A stretch of DNA of 64,000 nt from Macrostomum hystrix (lineage: Eukaryota; Animalia; Platyhelminthes). Both the position numbers and the translations under genes were made by a program. How positions within the stretch are numbered: the stretch's first letter is position 1; each line of letters starts with the position of its first letter. The DNA lies in assembly GCA_950097015.1 (NCBI GenBank), contig CATNEN010000039.1, positions 20,026,001 through 20,090,000 on the forward strand. Direction: 5' to 3'. Below, piece by piece: positions 59,519 through 64,000 of the stretch. The notes beneath the pieces were generated by a model that saw only the letters and a program-made list of their open reading frames with translations, was not told the origin of the DNA and ran no database searches.

Positions 59519-59627
59519 AGTGGTTAGAGCGTTGGATTCTACGACTTCAAGGTCTTGGGTTCGATTCCTGACTCCACTGAAACAATTTGTGTCCTTTAGC
59601 AAAGACACTTAACTTCTGCATTGCTTC
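59519..59627 (+). mobile_element. Partial CORE-like tRNA SINE (another fragment at ~60330-60385)
   Basis: GTGGTTAGAGCG...GGTTCGATTCCTGACTCCACTG...AGCAAAGACACTTAAC. Confidence 0.8.
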
Positions 59628-60052
59628 TGAATCGCATTAATTTTATGAAATCAGGAAGTACAGTTAAACAGTTTCCGTTATCAAAAACGGCCAAAACAAA
59701 ACGAAACGAAATCCGGCACTGTGGTTCGCCGCTTTTCAAGGGACGCATTATCAACGGGTCCCGATAGAATATTAGGCGAATATTAGTTGCAAATATTAGC
59801 CAGTTGCACCAGTTTAGCGAAATGCAAAACGATGCGCACGACAAAAACTTCCAGTTGAAATTTAGTCAGAACTACCTGCTTGCGGAGTCACTCAGGCCGT
59901 CTTGTCCTGCGGTTTATCTGCAGTCCATAGCGGCTTGTTCAAACCGCAGAGACTTTGCCTGTGTCTGCGGAACTCTGCACTTTGCTCAAACAGGCCTGCA
60001 CTGCTCTCCTATCGATCATAGAGTCTGGCAGCCAACGCACTACGCCATCGTC

Positions 60053-63000
60053 ATGGCAACCTCGACGTCAACAAACGTAACCGCTATGGACGACTCGGTG
60101 GCAGTTGCGGCAGCTGCTGCGTCAACTGGACCGAAGATCAACTTCAGTCGTTATCAGAGCATCGAGCGGATTCACACCGCAAGTCGCAACGAACGAAGGA
60201 GGACCAATGTAAGCCGAGGGCCCTCTTAATTTATGCATCAATTAGGGTCCAAAAAACTGACGGGAATAATTTGAGCGTTTTTTGAGAATCTACTCTTAAT
60301 TGGCTGCTCAAAAACTTCGCTCGCTCAGTTGTTGTAGCCTAGCGGTTAGAGCGTCGGACTCCACTGAAAATTTTGTGCCTTTCAGCGCCTTTATTATTAT
60401 CATTAAAACTAACTCGGCATGATAGCCCGCCAATGAGGACAAAGCACAATATCCGATAGGAGGAAGACACAGGCTAAAAGCTAAAAGCAGACACCGGGTC
60501 CTTTCCACGTGCTCAAAAAGGGAGAATTGACGAATTCCTCCGATAAGAGATAGTATTGCAGTCCTCAAACAAGAGCAGAGCATGCTGAGCAGCTGATGCT
60601 CGAAGATCCCGCTGACACACTCGGCGACCTACCGTCGTCACCGTGCTGAAACAGCCGCGTTCGACGCTGCAAAAAGCTGCCACCGCGGCTGGCCTCATTT
60701 CAGACCGGCCAACAGCGGCCGGCAGTCGAGGCTTCCAGGCGAAGATGCTTCAGCAGAGGATTGCAGATGTCGGCGTCCAACACTGGCACAAGATGCAAAC
60801 AAATTTTCGCTTCTCTCTCCAGTGACGTCATCGGTGCTGACGCCAGGTTTGTCGGGCCGTTTGGCAGCAGAAATTGTAAGTGTCGCTTTTTTCCTCCATA
60901 GCACCGCAATTCCATTCAGTGCAGATGGGAATTTCTCATCGAACAACCGCTTCGAATTCCAGTGCTGTACTTCGATTTTGTCGCTTCCGGCAGGTAAGAA
61001 ATGTGATTATCGCTTGAAAACTTTCAAAATTTCTATCGAAAGTTCGGCAGTTCGAATCTGCAGATAGTGTTTGAACTGCAGACTAGGCTTTATAGTACAA
61101 GAACCTCTCTAACAAAGCAAAAGGCTTCTCTGTTTAGTAGTTGCTACCCGAGATTCACTCGCCTCACCTTTTGCGAGTGCAGCATCTCAAGTTTCATGTA
61201 TCTGAGCCCATTTCTGAGCGCCTAACGAGCGCGTAGCAATAAAAGTACTTTTATAAGAGCGATAGAACCTCGTCAGACATCCGACAAAGAAAGTTTGACG
61301 AGAGAAAACAGCTAGGCATGATCGGGTCGATGGCTTGTTCCTAATTCCCTATGATCTCTAGTTATGTCTTGACTATACTAATGTGTCTTGGCAGACTTTT
61401 GCATCTGGGTTTTAGCAAAGACTGTACACTTGTTTTAAAACTGGAACAGCATATTGTGGCTTGTATTGAATTAGCAGTGATGAAGATGAGAGTCTGCAGG
61501 TCGGTGACCTCCGTCTCGAACACATACTGGGCCTTATCTCATCTCTCCCCAGTCTTATCTCTCCCCAGTCTCATCTCTCCCCAGTCTCATCTCTCCACTG
61601 TGTCATCTCTCCACTGTCTCATCTCTCCACTGTGTCATCTCTCCACTGTCTCATCTCTCCCCTGTCTCATCTCTCTCCAGTCTTATCTCCCCCTGTCTCA
61701 TCTCTCCCCAGTCTTATCTCTCCCCAGTCTCATCTCTCCCCTGTGTCATCTCTCCACTGTGTCATCTCTCCACTGTCTCATCTCTCCACTGTGTCATCTC
61801 TCCCCTGTCTCATCTCTCCCCAGTCTCATCTCTCTCCAGTCTTATCTCCCCCTGTCTCATCTCTCCCCTGTCTCATCTCTCCCCTGTCCCATCTCTCCCG
61901 TGTCTCATCTTTCCACTGTCTCATCTCTCCACTGTCTCATCTCTCCCCTGTCTCATCTCTCTCCAGTCTTATCTCCCCCTGTCTCATCTCTCCACTGTCT
62001 CATCTCTCCACTGTCTCATCTCTCCACTGTCTCATCTCTCCCCAGCGGCGCTCAGACTTGCTTGTCGAAGCTTCGGTGTCACGATTAGCGTCTGCTGTTC
62101 AGATTGCATATTGAATTCGTTCTGAACCCCTCTGGACAGAAGCGTCCGCAGCATCGAGACCTACCTCCAGTCGACCGTGCTGCCATTATATGGTAACACG
62201 CACAGCTCCGGTTCAGCCGTGTCGCGCCAGACAACCAGCTTTCGCGAGGAGGCCCGCCAGCTGATCAGACGAAGCGTGAACGCCGGGCCCCAGGATGCCG
62301 TTGTCTTTTGCGGCTCGGGCGCCACCGGCGCCATTCACAAGCTCATCGGCGTGCTAGAGGTCAGCCGCAAGCAGACCGTTGTTCTCTACGGCCCATTCGA
62401 GCACCACTCAAATATGCTGCCTTGGAAGGAGGCCGCCAGTCTTTGCGTCCGAGTGCCGGAGAACGCCGATGGCGGTGTCGACATGGCCTTCTTGGAGGCG
62501 CAGCTGCGGCTTCACTCAAGCAGTGGCTCTACCGACCTGCTGCTCATCGGGGCCTTCTCAGCTGCCAGCAATGTCACCGGCATCCTGACTGACACGCGCG
62601 CCGTCACCCGACTGCTGCACTCTTACGGCGCCCTGGCCGTCTGGGACTTCGCCTGTGCCGGGCCCTACGTCGGCATCGACGTTAACGCCGAGCCAGACTG
62701 CAGCTTCGACGCCGTGTTCCTGTCGCCGCACAAATTCCTCGGCGGCCCTGGCACGCCCGGCCTGCTGGTTGCTAAGCGACGCCTGTTCGGCAACGCCATA
62801 CCGCATCAGGCCGGCGGGGGCACCGTTGTCTACGTCACCAAAGACAAGCACCAATACGAAGCTGACATCGAGGTCGGTGGTAGAATAAGTAGAAGGACCA
62901 TGGGGGGATTTTAAATAGCCAAGTGCCTACTTCAAGATAGCTCCAAAAACCGAATGACCGAGTTTCTGAATCTACATTTTCCGCCCATTAGGATGAACTA

Positions 63001-63892
63001 GCCTTCAAAGCCGCCAGAGTCAGCATCGTCGAGATATTCAGCGATTCTTGTTGGAGACCCTGGTGACAAGGACAAATAAAAGTTCTCTGATTTATGCAAA
63101 ATAGTCAAAAATGATAGCCGGCAGCTACATGATGAATATTTTGTGAGCGGAAAAATTATGCCTAGCTCGTACATTGGTGATTTTTGCCACCAAACACTCA
63201 ACGAGAAATCTTTGAATATCTCGACGTTGCCGATGGTTTGTGATCCTGGAAGTTGTTTCATCGGATAGAGCAGTAAATTTTAGCCTGTGTTCTGTATTTT
63301 CACGGCGATTGGGTGAATATTTTAGGAGATACAGAAAAAAAGAAAAATGTGGTTTTTTTTAATAACACCCTGTGCTCTTTCTGCTGTTCATTACGCGATA
63401 CTATAAGGTTACCCAATAAAATAGTTTGTTGAAAAAGTAAAACTAATTCTGAACCCAATCACCTCATTCGTCACTAGGTTAGAGAAGAGGGTGGCACCCC
63501 CGCCATTGTGGACTGTGTCCGGTGCGGCCTAGTCTTCCAACTCAAGTCGAAAATTGGAGAAGCCACCATTCATTCGCGAGAACTGGAGCTAGTCAGGTTC
63601 GGAACTAAACTCTGTGTTAACTGGTGGGAAATAGATGGATCTTCTTACCCTAACAAGAGTTCAGCGAGCTACTGTTTTGAATTTTAGTTGGGCCTGGCGA
63701 GTGTTTCCCAACATCAAGAACCTGGTGGTACTCGGTAGTCGACTGCTGCCAAGGCTGCCAATTTTTTCATTCCTGGTGCGCCATCGCCAGACTGGCCGAT
63801 TTGTGCATCACAACTTTGTCGCCACTCTGCTCAACGATCTCTACGGTATCCAGTGCAGAGCCGGCTGCGCTTGTGCTGGGCCGTACGCCGCG
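60053..63892 (+). CDS. Class-V PLP-dependent aminotransferase / probable cysteine desulfurase-like protein (3' incomplete)
   Basis: Exons: 60053-60208 (tentative), 60704 or 60767-60875, 60963-60993, 62140-62872, 63478-63596, 63688-63892. DVIGADARFVGPFGSRNLLYFDFVASGR, YGNTH, GSGATGAI, EHHSN, ASNVTG, WDFA, SPHKFLGGPG (PLP lysine), REEGGTP and RAGCACAGPY. Confidence 0.88.
61533..62045. repeat. Intronic 17-bp minisatellite (TCTCATCTCTCCMCTG)
   Basis: About 30 copies. Unit resembles the internal tract of the 32285 MITE. Confidence 0.95.
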
Positions 63893-64000
63893 GTGAGTCT
63901 GTTCTCATCGATCGATTCGAGTTCTTCTTCTTCTTATTGTTGAAATGGTCTTCTTTGATAGTTTGCGCATCAAGGAATGTATTGTTCGATATTTTGTGCA

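Noticed and set aside
60647-60649. In-frame TGA after Cys upstream of the desulfurase-like exon as selenocysteine
   Set aside because: Phase-0 acceptors at 60703 and 60766 bypass it. The region is not recognisably conserved and no SECIS can be assessed.
61351-62114. Ser/Leu/His-rich ORFs
   Set aside because: Intronic 17-bp repeat inside the desulfurase-like gene.

Overview
This is eukaryotic (metazoan) genomic DNA with GT-AG introns. A free-living flatworm such as Macrostomum is my inference, based on minisatellite-filled introns, CAG/GCA runs and splice acceptors just upstream of start codons. I assembled ten multi-exon genes by eye. On + are PEX1, OXA1L, ATP5F1A, RAB2, DNMT2/TRDMT1, an orphan secreted protein, a short abLIM/UNC-115-like gene and a class-V PLP cysteine-desulfurase-like gene that runs off the end. 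On - are an EF-hand calmodulin-like gene and a SoxE/F-like gene. Mobile DNA includes an internally deleted Helitron with a nested hAT MITE, a deleted mariner, RTE-like and RNase-H LINE fragments, a solo LTR, hAT MITEs and tRNA-derived SINEs. There are about 20 distinct minisatellite arrays. Three observations stand out. (1) Sharply bounded CpG-free domains lie in the 5' parts of three transcription units, and a MITE copy inside one of them has its CpGs converted to TpG/CpA, a fossil of localised germline methylation. (2) The DNMT2 gene has no in-frame ATG before motif I; it begins at six in-frame CAG acceptors, consistent with a spliced-leader-donated AUG. (3) PEX1-OXA1L-ATP5F1A form an operon-like cluster. 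All coordinates were read manually, and repeat boundaries are approximate.
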